This document shows, one piece after another, positions 45,982 to 57,754 of a stretch of DNA of 64,000 nucleotides (position 1 is the stretch's first letter; each line of letters opens with the position of its first letter). The stretch is from Chrysomallon squamiferum (taxonomy: Eukaryota > Animalia > Mollusca): contig CM022675.1 in assembly GCA_012295275.1 (NCBI GenBank), forward strand, positions 9,920,001 through 9,984,000. Reading direction: 5' to 3'. The notes below the pieces were generated by a model. That model searched no databases. It saw only the letters and a list, made by a program, of their open reading frames with translations, and was not told the DNA's origin. A program made the translations under genes and the position numbers.

Positions 45982-46014
45982 AAAACATATTCAAGAGTTG
46001 CGAGAATCTGCAAG
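45982..46014 (+). CDS. Sema5: Sema5 exon 7, 33-nt microexon (KTYSRVARICK)
   Basis: tttcag / AAG|gtaaat; conserved YSRVARxCK; phase 0-0. Confidence 0.95.
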
Positions 46015-46266
46015 GTAAATTTTTGTTTTAATTAATATTTTTGTTATTTAATGTTTATTACTGCATGTTGATTATCTAATTCACTGAACAAGTTCTGTAT
46101 CATATTAAAGATATTTATAACAGAGAACATGTAACCTTTTTTCTTCTGCTATATTTAAAATGTTATGCAGCATTATAAAAGGTTTTTTCCTTGCACTTTA
46201 ATTACTTAGTAATTGATTATCGGTGTTTCACATACATTTAACTGCATATGTATTAATAATCTATAA

Positions 46267-46309
<43 letters not shown>

Positions 46310-46336
46310 ACCTGTTAAATCTATGAATGCTTACAG

Positions 46337-46503
46337 AGTGATAAAGGTGGGGGATATATAATTGAAGACAACTGGACAACATTTCTCAAAGCTCGAATAA
46401 ACTGCTCACTTCCTGGTGATTTCCCATTCTACCTCGATGAGATACAAAGTACTTACTTTTCTGTATCAAGGCAGTTGATATATGCCATTTTTACAACTCC
46501 AAC
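46337..46503 (+). CDS. Sema5: Sema5 exon 8 (SDKGGGYIIEDNWTTFLKARINCSLPGDFPFYLDEIQSTY...AIFTTP)
   Basis: WTTFLKARxNCS motif; ttacag / gtaagt. Confidence 0.97.
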
Positions 46504-46542
46504 GTAAGTTTCAAAAATTCTGTCTGTTCATCTATCTCACCA

Positions 46543-46581
<39 letters not shown>

Positions 46582-46976
46582 TACTCAATTTTCTGGTAAT
46601 CTCTGGGATTACAATGTTGTCTTTTAACATTTACATAACAAGTTAAAATCAATAACATAATACTTCATACATACATACATACATACATATATACATACAT
46701 ACATACATGCATGCATACACAAACATACATATAGATTGCATGTTGAACCATACTGTATACAAAATTAATTATTACTAGTAGTAAAACAGTTAACAATTGT
46801 TAGTTTTATATTATTACTATTGCAGTAGCTGTTGTTTTTTGTCTTATTATCTTGGATTATAGGCAGATAATTTGTTTTTTAAATATGGTACTATTTATAA
46901 ATTTCTTAAAATAATAATATTTAAATACACACATTAATTACATTTTTGGTTATAATGTTCTCTGACTGTATTACAG

Positions 46977-47112
46977 AAATAGCATAGCAGGATCAGCAAT
47001 CTGTGTTTACAACATTTCTTCATTTCAAAAAACATTCACTGGTCCTTTCAAATATCAAGAAGATCCAATGGCAGCATGGCTCAGTCATGAAAATAAAAAT
47101 CCTAGAAACAGT
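46977..47112 (+). CDS. Sema5: Sema5 exon 9 (NSIAGSAICVYNISSFQKTFTGPFKYQEDPMAAWLSHENKNPRNS)
   Basis: GSAICVY and GPFKYQE..AW motifs; ttacag / gtaagt; phase 2 to 0. Confidence 0.96.
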
Positions 47113-47474
47113 GTAAGTAAAAATTATGATTTTATCAGTGGCTCAGCCATTTTAGGTTTTTTGTAGTAGCTGAAAAAAACAAAAACAAAAGAAACAACCA
47201 CATTCTTAGATTTAATTACAAAAATGAATAATGTGTGTTTGTAGAATGGTATATTTTATCTAAGTAATGAATTTTAAACTTTCTGTTTGTTGTTATTTGT
47301 TTTATGGGGTTTTTTAAAATCAGAATTCTTAAACTGCAGAATATCTTCATATTTGAATCAATATAAATATCAATTTTTTTAATTTTATGTTTAATGTTTA
47401 TTATTCAGTTATCACTACTGCTACCTCTATTATTATTATTATCATCATCATTACTACAATTATTATTATTCCAG

Positions 47475-47610
47475 TGTGAAAGTGATGGTAATAATATCAA
47501 ACGTTCATCAAATCTGCAAATGACTTAGAAGAAGCACACAAATATCAGCTGATGGACATTGCTGTCCAACCACAAACCATTTACCCACTATTGTTTGCAG
47601 AAAATGAAAG
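47475..47610 (+). CDS. Sema5: Sema5 exon 10 with an internal frameshift (CESDGNNIKRSS / KSANDLEEAHKYQLMDIAVQPQTIYPLLFAENER)
   Basis: ttccag / gtaaag. The exon is 136 nt but flanking phases require 3n+2. The 5' frame stops at TAG 47526-47528, and the conserved YQLMD.AVQP lies in another frame. Confidence 0.85.
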
Positions 47611-48309
47611 GTAAAGTACAAGTGTGACTCAGTCTTTAAAAAACATTTTGATGCTAAATCATAGCTCAGTCTGTTTGAATTATTTAATTTCCATGATTCA
47701 GTCTATTTTGAGTTTCACGACTCAGTCTATTTATAGTTTTCTAATTTTAAAGTTTTGTAAATGTTTTCTTTAACTGATATTTCTGTTTTGGTTTTTAAAA
47801 TTGTAACATGCTATTTCTTTCATTTTCTCTTTTTTTACTTTTTTTTTTCTCTTATATCTAAGACAAGATTATTATATTAAACTAGTGAGACATTCAAAGT
47901 ACTATAGATTTGATAATAACATTTTATTTAAAAATGTATTTCTCTAGAAAAAATTCTTTATATTCATAATTTTTTTACATAATATAGCTTAGTACTTTAT
48001 ATCCATTCAAATTTAAATTAAATTTAGGTGTAAGTAAATATTTATATAGGTAATTATACATAGGACATTAAAAAGAGTTTTAACTGGATGGAAGGTTATT
48101 TAATAAAGACTGAAAGTGCTAATAGGATAGTCAGTTTTTCTGTATTCTTTGTATTAAATAATGTGTGTACGTATTTGTGTCTCTGTATATGTGTAAACAC
48201 AAACACACAAATTTAATTTAGTGAGCCTGTAGCTATGGTACAAAACATTTAAATCTGATACATTTTATAAGTAATTGTTCTAAGATTATGCTATCATTTC
48301 ATTTTCCAG

Positions 48310-48508
48310 ATGGACACACTTGGTAGTTGATCATGTTAAAGGTAAAAGAGACAGCTATGAGGTTATTTTCCTTGCCACAGCTGATGGTAAGATTAGAAAG
48401 CTGGTCAAGCTTGATGAGAACTCCACAGCATGTCTTATTGAAGAAATAAAAATAGTGCCTAATGGTGAATTTAAACCTGTGAAGGCACTGAAACTGTCAC
48501 ACAAAGAG
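48310..48508 (+). CDS. Sema5: Sema5 exon 11 (WTHLVVDHVKGKRDSYEVIFLAT...CLIEEI...LSHKE)
   Basis: ORF 48320-48544; tttccag / gtacgt; phase 2 to 0. Confidence 0.95.
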
Positions 48509-48749
48509 GTACGTATTAATAATAAAATAATGTACTGTAGGTAGTTGTAGCCAAAAGTGTCTTATCGAAAATAGCACCTAAGACAACCAGTCAAATTGCA
48601 TGCTTATATGAACAGCTAACACCCACCTTTCAAATAACTTTACCATGAAAACATCTAAAAAATACCAGTCAAGTTTAATATAAAGTCTGCAGTGGTGTCC
48701 CCTTTCAGTTGACATTGGATGTAGCTATGACTTGAGAGCAGACCAAAGG

Positions 48750-48908
48750 CAAAATGTGATCAGTCCTAATATATTTTCCTTCAATGTCAAAATGTGATCA
48801 GTCCTAATATATTTTCCTTCAATGTCAAAATGTGATCAGTCCTAATATATTTTCCTTCAATGTCAAAATGTGATCAGTCCTAATATATTTTCCTTTAATG
48901 TCAAAATG
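48750..48908. repeat. 38-bp minisatellite, 4 near-identical copies plus a partial copy
   Basis: Unit caaaatgtgatcagtcctaatatattttccttcaatgt starts at 48750, 48788, 48826, 48864 and 48902 (partial). Confidence 0.95.
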
Positions 48909-48953
48909 ATTATTTATTTTATTATGCTAGTTATTATTCTTTGCTAATTTCAG

Positions 48954-49030
48954 GGTGCTATTTATTTGTCTACTCATGGAAAAATTATTAAAATTCCTGT
49001 AGCACGCTGTGAAAGATTTACTGACAGCGA
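48954..49030 (+). CDS. Sema5: Sema5 exon 12 (GAIYLSTHGKIIKIPVARCERFTDS), end of Sema / start of PSI
   Basis: tttcag / gtgagt; IP..RC motif; phase 0 to 2. Confidence 0.93.
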
Positions 49031-49336
49031 GTGAGTATACTGGAGATTTATTTTAAATATAATTATTTTAAATCAGTTAACCACAAATAAGCAATGGAGA
49101 TAATACAGTCAAAGTGATAAACATGAAATCTGTTTGTGCAGTTTTTATGCTAGATTAATCTAAGGTTAGACACCTTCACACTTCTGATATTTTTCCAAAG
49201 ATACCTTTTCATGTAACAATGACATTTTTTTTTATGCTTTGAGTTACCTTTACAATAATGTCAAATTGTGTGTGTCCTTTAATATATATGAATATATTTT
49301 TCTTTATATGAATATTTGTTGTGTATTTTCTTTCAG

Positions 49337-49470
49337 TATGTGTATGAATGCTGCTGATCCATACTGTGGCTGGGATGACAGACTTCAGAAATGTACCAAA
49401 GCACCACGGGGAAATATTTCAGAAAACTGGCATCAGCACATAGTTGGATGTCCAATTGTAAAGTATCCAA
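49337..49470 (+). CDS. Sema5: Sema5 exon 13, PSI domain (MCMNAADPYCGWDDRLQKC...WHQHIVGCP)
   Basis: C...DPYCGW PSI motif; tttcag / gtaagt. Confidence 0.96.
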
Positions 49471-49556
49471 GTAAGTGTAGCATTTCTTACATACCTATAT
49501 TAACTGTGTCAGAAACAGCTATATTAACTGTGTCAGTGAGAGCAACAGAAAGCGAA

Positions 49557-49591
<35 letters not shown>

Positions 49592-49650
49592 TGAGTGAGT
49601 GTGTGTAAGTTTTTGTGCATGCAATAAGAGTTCTGGCCTCTGTTTTTCAG

Positions 49651-49818
49651 TAAATGGTGGTTGGTCTGCATGGTCCAGCTGGGAGAAATGTCAGATGGTT
49701 GGAAATGAACAGACAGGTGAAAAGTGCTGGTGTCGTCACAGAAACTGTGATAATCCCAAACCTTACTATGGTGGCAGACCATGCGTGGGTTCCTGTGTTC
49801 AGGTCACAAATTGTACAG
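49651..49818 (+). CDS. Sema5: Sema5 exon 14, TSR1 (INGGWSAWSSWEKC...CWCRHRNCDNPKPYYGGRPC...NCT)
   Basis: WxxWxxW TSR motif; phase 1-1; tttcag / gtgagc. Confidence 0.96.
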
Positions 49819-49959
49819 GTGAGCATCTGTCAGATTTTACCCAGTTTTGATTTTAATATTATATAGAACATTCTTCTTTTCACATTTGAAAAACAAGCAA
49901 CAATGGTATATCATTTGTTTATACAAGACATCATTAATGCTAGTTATCATTTAAAAGAC

Positions 49960-50320
49960 TGGGTGATGTCAAAGAGTTAATGACAAAGATATAGTTTATG
50001 ATAATGAGTAAGGTTCATGAAAGAATATAGCTTTAACAAGAAAGGGCAATCTTATGAGAATGGGCAGAGATAATGAGAAAGGTGGAGCTTATGAGAGTTG
50101 GAAGAATTAATGAAAAGGGTGGGCTTATGAGAAACTGTGTAGTTAATGAGTGGGGTTGGGCCTATGAAAATGGGAACAATTAATGCAAGTGGTGAAGGTC
50201 ATGAGAATGGATGGGATTAATGCAAAAGGTGGAATTAGTGAGAATGACAAAGTTTATGAATGGATAGATTTATGAATCAAAATGGTAGAAGTTATGAGAG
50301 TTTGCAAAACTAATGAGATC
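49960..50320. repeat. Degenerate purine-rich ~21-bp tandem repeat (ttaatgagaa.ggtgg..)
   Basis: ttatgag/ttaatga motifs recur at roughly 21-bp spacing. Confidence 0.65.
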
Positions 50321-50603
50321 TGGATGGTTTAAAACTACTGGTGGACACTATTCACAATAATTCCAAGCAGATATAATTCAGATTTTGATCTTTGCTGATA
50401 GGTTATTTTTACAATTAATCTCTTCTAAATGTAAATTTATAACTTAACATGACCAAATCATGATTAAATCCTAATCAAATCATTCACAATAGCAATGGCT
50501 AATGTTGGTTCTTTTTCTGACACACTTACTTATAATCAGTTGTAGCTACACTAAGTAGGAAAATATGCTACCCATTTGCACATAACTATTGCCATGGTTT
50601 CAG

Positions 50604-50777
50604 TTAATGGTAACTGGACTGAATGGTCTGAATGGTCTGGTTGTTCACAAACATGTGGTTACGCTGTCAAGACTAGGAAACGTCACTGCAGTAATCCTGC
50701 ACCTCGGTTTGGAGGTGAAGTGTGTCATGGAAGAGCTATAGACAGTCAGTACTGCAAGGAAAACAGTGCATGCAATT
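50604..50777 (+). CDS. Sema5: Sema5 exon 15, TSR2 (VNGNWTEWSEWSGCSQTCG...RKRHCSNPAPRFGGEVC)
   Basis: Canonical TSR; phase 1-1. Confidence 0.97.
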
Positions 50778-51308
50778 GTGAGTAAATTTAGAAGAATATT
50801 TTTCAAACTGTTTGCTGTGGGCATTTGTAAAACTGAAATGTAAAATTCAAGTTAATAATAATAAATAATAAACAGTAATCATGATTATTATCATCAAAAT
50901 TATAATGATTATGATCATCAAGATTATGATGACAGTAATGATATTGCATTAAAATTTAGTTGCAATAGGTTGCAGTATTAAAAATTACAAGTTTTGGAGA
51001 TAATAAATAAACAATTAAAGATTCAACCAATATTTTTTTATTTAGACATTTTGATTATAAAATGAGTCCTCCACAAACTTCTAGCTAGCTTTTTTTCTTT
51101 GTTATCTGTCTGTTTAGTTTTATTGTACAGAGTGCTCAAACTTTTGAATATATAATTCTTTTTATCTTTATCCATCATGAAATTTTTAGCTTTTTTTTTT
51201 ACTGCTTTTTTCACAAGATGCTAGATATATTTTTTACTGTTAAATTTCACAAATTAAAGTTTTTCCTTTTAAAAATATAACTAATAATTATTTATTTATA
51301 TACTCTAG

Positions 51309-51488
51309 TGCCTCCTGTTGATGGGAAATGGTCACAATGGTCAGGCTGGAGTAAATGTACAAACAAATGTAATGGTGGAATTCAAACACGTCGACGTACG
51401 TGTAACAGACCTACACCAATTCGAAATGGTATACCATGCCTGGGCAACAAGCAAGAATGGAGAATGTGTAATACACAGAAATGTGATG
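51309..51488 (+). CDS. Sema5: Sema5 exon 16, TSR3 (PPVDGKWSQWSGWSKCTNKCNGGIQTRRRTC...CNTQKCD)
   Basis: Canonical TSR; ctctag / gtgaga; phase 1-1. Confidence 0.97.
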
Positions 51489-51844
51489 GTGAGAGTCAAA
51501 TTTTTTTTAAAACTATCTACACAGAGTCATACACACTCATACACATGAGCACACACATAAGACATGCACAAAACGTTTGAATACCAAGAGATGAACAGAT
51601 ATAACAGAAATTATTCTGGTCAGACGAAAATTTGTTTTTCTGTGTAATTGTCTACAACTACTTTTTACTATATGTCTGCAAATATCTAAATATACCCCAA
51701 AACTATTCATTCCAACTCATTCAACATCTTCTTACTTCATAAACAAATATCTAACAAAGTCTGTACTTATCTGTCTGTACATAAAACCGTTCATTCCAAC
51801 TTACTCAACATCTTCTAAATCCAAAACAAAATTATATTTTTCAG

Positions 51845-52030
51845 AATTAACAAAAATAGCACCATGGACATCATGGTTCAGAACCAACGAGACACGCGGA
51901 GGTTACTTTCAGCAACGATTCCGATACATGTGTCATGCCAACGTTCCCGACAAGAAAATGATCCGAGCAAGTCACGCAAAAACTCAGGGTAGATTTTGCT
52001 TTAGCAATGGGCGTGGCTGCTACAAGGCAG
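51845..52030 (+). CDS. Sema5: Sema5 exon 17, divergent TSR4 (ELTKIAPWTSWFRTNETRGGYFQQRFRYMCHANVPD...RFCFSNGRGCYKA)
   Basis: PWT.W...QRFRY.C.A pattern, typical of the atypical middle TSR of class 5 semaphorins; tttcag / CAG|gtgagt. Confidence 0.93.
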
Positions 52031-52188
52031 GTGAGTTGCGGAACACCATCACGTCGATGGACATGTTTTCATCAGTTGATCGTGTGCTCAAAAAATTCTG
52101 TAGGTTTAGACGGAAACTGTTCCGAAAGTACTGCAATTGCCGGACTCTTGGTGTGTTTCTGGTGTGCCAGAGGTGTGGTTATGGATGA
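52031..52188 (+). CDS. Putative alternative C-terminal extension by donor read-through (52 aa: GELRNTITSMDMFSSVDRVLKKFCRFRRKLFRKYCNCRTLGVFLVCQRCGYG*)
   Basis: In frame with exon 17 (ORF 51928-52188); GC- and CpG-rich, unlike the starts of the gene's other introns. No transcript evidence available. Confidence 0.55.
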
Positions 52189-54215
52189 CTAGCGGTGCAT
52201 AGGGATGACTTAATTCGGTTGCTAATGATGTCACTGCCAAAATTCACACCTCTTCATCCACAAAATTAAAGAGAGCAGTGTCCATACATTTATCACTATG
52301 AAACATTTGTGCAGATTTTGAAATTTAAAAGAACAGAAACAGAATTTTTAAGATGCTTGCCGAGACATTTTTTTAATGTTATAGTGAAGAAAATTAAAAG
52401 CTGCTGAAGGGAAACTGTATGGTTGAGTGGTTTTAGTTCTGTGACATTGCAAAACATTTATAAAACAGAGATGGTTACATCTGATGTAAGAGGTTACATT
52501 GCATGAACCGTGATTATGCTATTCACAGCATTGGTCAATGCACAAAAGTAAGATTCATTTGAAGCAGGTTTATAGTTTCAGAAGGATTTACATCAGTTCA
52601 TGTTGATGGTTTCTATAGTAACCAGTGTTCAACCATTTTGTTGACAAGAATTTCACAAAGACAATGAAATAACATAACATAACAATAACTCCTTTTTAGT
52701 AAAAAAAAAGAGCTCTTTTACTCCCTTGAGTAGGGCCTCTGCACAAACTTACATATATGTATGTGCATAAATCAGTGTTTTTGATTAATATTTTTTCATA
52801 CTCAAGTCAAAAGAATTACTTTTATGTGTTCCAGAACACACAGGTGAACTGAATATAGCAGCATGGATCATATTTATTTATTCTTATAACTTTGTCTGTA
52901 TATCTGCACAATATCATAGGTGATACCTGCCGTATGACATCCAGCAGGTTCAGTATGTTACTACAGCACCGATAGTCAAACGTGTAGTCATCCCTATAGA
53001 CAGACATAAATTACTTTTATTTAAGACTTCAGTCTTGCATTTCATTAGCATGGAAAATATATTTACATAGCACCGCTAGTTATATTTTAGAAAAAATGAC
53101 ACACCTTTCCACAAAATGTGATGGAAGATTAGCAGACCAATCCTGTTTCAGATTGCATGTTGCACGGGACTGATGGAACAAGTGTTCTGATTGGATAAAT
53201 GGTTAGCTGATATAATATTTTAGAAAGAAAAACAGAAAAAACAACTAAATGATTGAATTTCTTATTGAATATGGAAAGGATGACAGATAATGAAAAAGAA
53301 AAGAAAATGACGGAAAAGAAGAATATTTATTTCCTAGGCTTTTATATGTTGAAAAGAAATCGCTTCAACAAGGAATTTTTTTTTTTTTATTTCAAATATT
53401 TAATTTTTAAATCTTGACAAAAGAAACAAAACCTCTATAACATCTGCTAAACAGATGGCATAGTGCAATATTTAGTGGTATAAATACAGGAAAACTCAGG
53501 AATGTATGCCATGAATGCACACTCAGAGATCTATAATCATGCATGACCTAGAAACCAATATGTGCATGCTAGACATTGTGAACGCATGTTTCCATGGATA
53601 TGACCTGTGTTAGTACAGATAGGCATGATTCTGGATGGATTTGAAGAACAGAATTCTGGTTCTAGGGCATGCAGTACATGTATATATAAATATAAAGATG
53701 AAATTACCTCTTTGTAATGATACAGTTAAGTCCCTTTGTTTGGGAGAGTTACCTCCCATTCATATAAAAGCTGCAGAAGTGTGTACAGACTGTGCTTTTT
53801 TTTTTTTACATTTGTTTGAAATGTTAAGGAAAACCATTTGCAAGCATAAGTTTGCAGTTGCCAGGGCTATTTATTTTACTAGTTGAAAACCTAAGGAGAA
53901 GTATTATTATATTTATTGTACATCATGAAAGCTGTGACATATCAGAACTAGGTTTATTTAATTAGTTGTTCAATAAGTGAAGTGATATGAGAATTAAAGG
54001 GAAATGATCTAGGATTTTTGGCACCAAATATTAAAACTTAATATTTAAAGTGTAATTGGTTACAGTGAATGCTAAGAAATGTATATGTATAATGAAAAAA
54101 ACAAAAAAACCATGTTGTATAATAATAATTAATTAGTAAAAACAACAGTTTTCAAAAACAAATAGTTTTAACTTAGAATTGTTTAGATAACTGTATCTAC
54201 ATGTGTTTATGTCTT

Positions 54216-54249
<34 letters not shown>

Positions 54250-55589
54250 ATGAATTTTGGTGCCAAAACCATGGAACATTTTTCTTTAACATTCATACTT
54301 TTGCATTCCAGTTTAAGAATATCTTTTAAGACTTTTTCTTAGTTTTTTCTTTTCTTTTCTGCTTGTAAATATAAAGTAAATGTTGTGTAAAACCTTAAAA
54401 CATACTATCTACAATGACAGAATCTCTTCTGATCTAAGAATTCTGCTTTCAGTTATAATTATTAAAGGATATTACATGAGACCTGCAGTTTAACAATAAA
54501 ATTTATTTAAAAAAAAAAAAAAAAAAAAAATAGGTTACAACAGAACAACTTTCTTCAGAGAAGTGATATAATTTATATTTAGTAACTCGTAATGTCTTGA
54601 AAATAACTTTATATATATATATATATATATATGCATCTTTAAAGGTATTAACATCTAGTTTAAATAGGACTGTACATTCATAATTGTTTTTCTTCATTAA
54701 CAATAGATATTCATACACATATACAAATGTGAGATCAGTAAAAAATATAATAGTATCCACAAATCTCTGAAGGTTTTCTCTATTATAACAGTACTTATTT
54801 TGAACAACTAATTAAATATGAATCTGAGAATGAATTGTTGATTATGAATTCGGATCTGTTTATGTGAATGTGTTCACAAACTTGTGTGTATTCCATGACT
54901 ATGATAAGCATTTCATTTTTCTTTTTAATATGTGTATATGTACATTGTCTCATGTATTATAAGATCTATATATAAAATAAGATATACTTGTATTGTGATT
55001 TACTGTTGAATGATGTGAACAGAGTCTTGTTGCTGATAGTACTGGAAGATAAACCACAAAATGCAGAAATAAAAAGGAAATTTTTTACATTACACATAAT
55101 TAAACAAAATGGTTAAAAGGTGACGTATTTTTTTCTCATTACTGCACAAATGCTAAAAGATATAAAAAAATAAAAAATAAAATTTAACTAAGAGAATTGC
55201 AGTGATAAATATTTTCATTAACAAAATTAATTTTTCTCAGGACATATAGTTAATACATTCAGACTTATTCAGTTTAAATCTTCACTATGTCAAAATGAAA
55301 ACAAAAATTCATTTATACCATAAAATATTAAAAATAACATATATATATATAGATATACAGATATATAATGATCAATATAGAAGCAAAAAAACAGTTGCAA
55401 ATATTTGTGTAAGAATGAGTTTCCTAAAAGTGGAATTGTCACATAAAACTGAGTTATCATGACATTTTAACTATGAAGTTTTACCGATGAATTATTTAAA
55501 GTCAAGATTTGTTCAGAGATCACTGAACTACTGATGGTTGACAGTACTAAGTAAATCACATGTATATTTTGTATCTGAAATAAATCAGT

Positions 55590-56010
55590 GTTAAATTTCT
55601 CCAACTGTATAATTTAATATATAATTTTCCACCATTATAATTTCATATTAAATTACTCCACCTGTGTAAATTAATATTAAAATTCCACCAGCAATATTTT
55701 AATGGTGTATTTCACCTACAGTAATTTAATGTACATTTTCCCCTGTATTATTTTAATATTTGAATTTTTCCACTGTATAATTTAATACTAAATTTCTACT
55801 TTCTATAATTTAGTATTAAGTTTCCACCTGTGTAATTAATATTTACATCTGCAATATTTTAATATTACATTTTCACCTAGTAATTTAATATAAATATTTT
55901 CCAACTGTAATATTATAATATTGTAAGTTTCAACCTGTGTAATTTAATATTAAATTTCTGATTGTTTAATTTAGTATTAAATTAAAACTGGTGATATTAT
56001 TTTAATATTA
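55590..56010. repeat. Degenerate ~25-bp AT-rich tandem repeat (aatttccacctgtgtaatttaatatt)
   Basis: Many diverged copies of ttcc/ttca..tgt.taatttaatatt. Confidence 0.8.
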
Positions 56011-57723
56011 AAATAGTTTAAATTTCATGAACAATTATTTACTTGCAATATTTTTGGTGTACCAATGGGTACCACTTGCTGCTGGTCAGTTCATCATGCT
56101 TATTTTCAACATTTGTTGAGAAGTCAGTATTTTACGTTGAACTGTAGTGTTTATTTATTATTATTATTATAATTCTGAAAATGTTTTGTTATATTATTTA
56201 TCTTTACAAGCCATTTTGTTGCGAGTTATTGTACAGATTATGTGCTCAAAATGGCTAACTTCATGTAAGTTGTTGAAAATATTTTGCCTCATTTTTATGT
56301 TTCTGTTCTGTTTAAACTGTACCTATGTTAGTGTGAACATGCTGCCTAAATATGACTGATCATTCATAGCTGTTTATCTTCATCAGTAATAAATACACAT
56401 ATACACATTTAAATATGATACCATGCATTAAAATTTAAAACACGATAGCATCTTTGGTTCTCTTGAGGCATTCTGTATTATTAAGTACTTCATTCAAAAC
56501 AAAATATTCACATAAAAACCTAAATTTATATACTTGTTATAATATTGTCAAACATTATTATAAGCAAAAAATTGCCCTCGATGAAAAACTAAAATTATCA
56601 AATGAAAGTTGCAGCCTTGCTATATCATGACAAAGCTTTATTATTATCAAAGAACAGCCCTCCATGAAAAACAAAGGTAATCATATGAAAATTGCAGACT
56701 TGTTATATTTTTGAAATGCTATTAATATAAGAAATCAAACTCCATTAGAGACCCAGATGAAATTTATAATATACAAAATATATTTAGGCATTTTGTTTGC
56801 ACCATCATAGATACAATTTAAGTATATATTTTGTTATGTTTTGTAATTATTATGTTTGATATCTTCCAAATATGTTCTTCTAAATTTTTATAATATATTT
56901 TTAGTTAACAACAAATAATTTCATCTTTATTATTATTATTTAACAGGAAAGATCAAATAATTAAATAATAAACAATACATAATTTCTCTCTCATTTTTAT
57001 TACTAATTTTATTTATTTATTAATTTATTCCACAGGAAACAGGAAATGAAATCTAGCATTTTAAAATTTATTTTTAGTGCTTATAAAATTAATTTTGGTA
57101 CTGCATTAAACAGTAGAGTTCAAGTCACTAGAGATATTTAAATTCACATTTCAGAATACCAGTCACATCATCGAAATAATGAATGCTCAAATGACCAACC
57201 TGATTTAAACTTTTTTTTAAATATATTAGTTATTTTATTAGCATTACTTTATTTTTTTACTTCTATTTTTTTATATTATTATTATTTTTATTATTATTAT
57301 TATTATTATCTTTTTGAAAATCTCATTAATTTTGTGAAAAATTTTTTTTGTTTGTTTTTTTAAATTTCATTGAAACTTAAATCATATAACTGTTTTCTAT
57401 TGAGATATATTTTTAATTAAAATTTTGCTCAGTATATGATGTTCATGAATAATGTTTCATAAATGTTAATTAACAAAAATATAATTTAAATAAATAAATA
57501 ACATTTAAAATATAAAATTATAATAATTTTATATTAAATTAAATTTCAAATTTATAGCATATACTGGATACATGTAACATTAAGTAAAACAAAAAGAAAG
57601 GAACCTAAGTCATTAATAATTATAATTAAAATATATTTTTTCCTGAACCAAATGAATGGTATGACCAAATACAATTAATGCAATATGGAACTGATTTTTA
57701 AAATTATTTTACATGCTCTTTTT

Positions 57724-57754
<31 letters not shown>

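Noticed and set aside
47526-47528. Rescue of the exon 10 stop by A-to-I editing or stop read-through
   Set aside because: That frame hits TGA seven codons later and lacks the conserved YQLMD motif; only a frame change restores the protein.
48750-48908. Regular direct repeats as a possible CRISPR array
   Set aside because: Head-to-tail copies with no unique spacers, in a eukaryotic intron.
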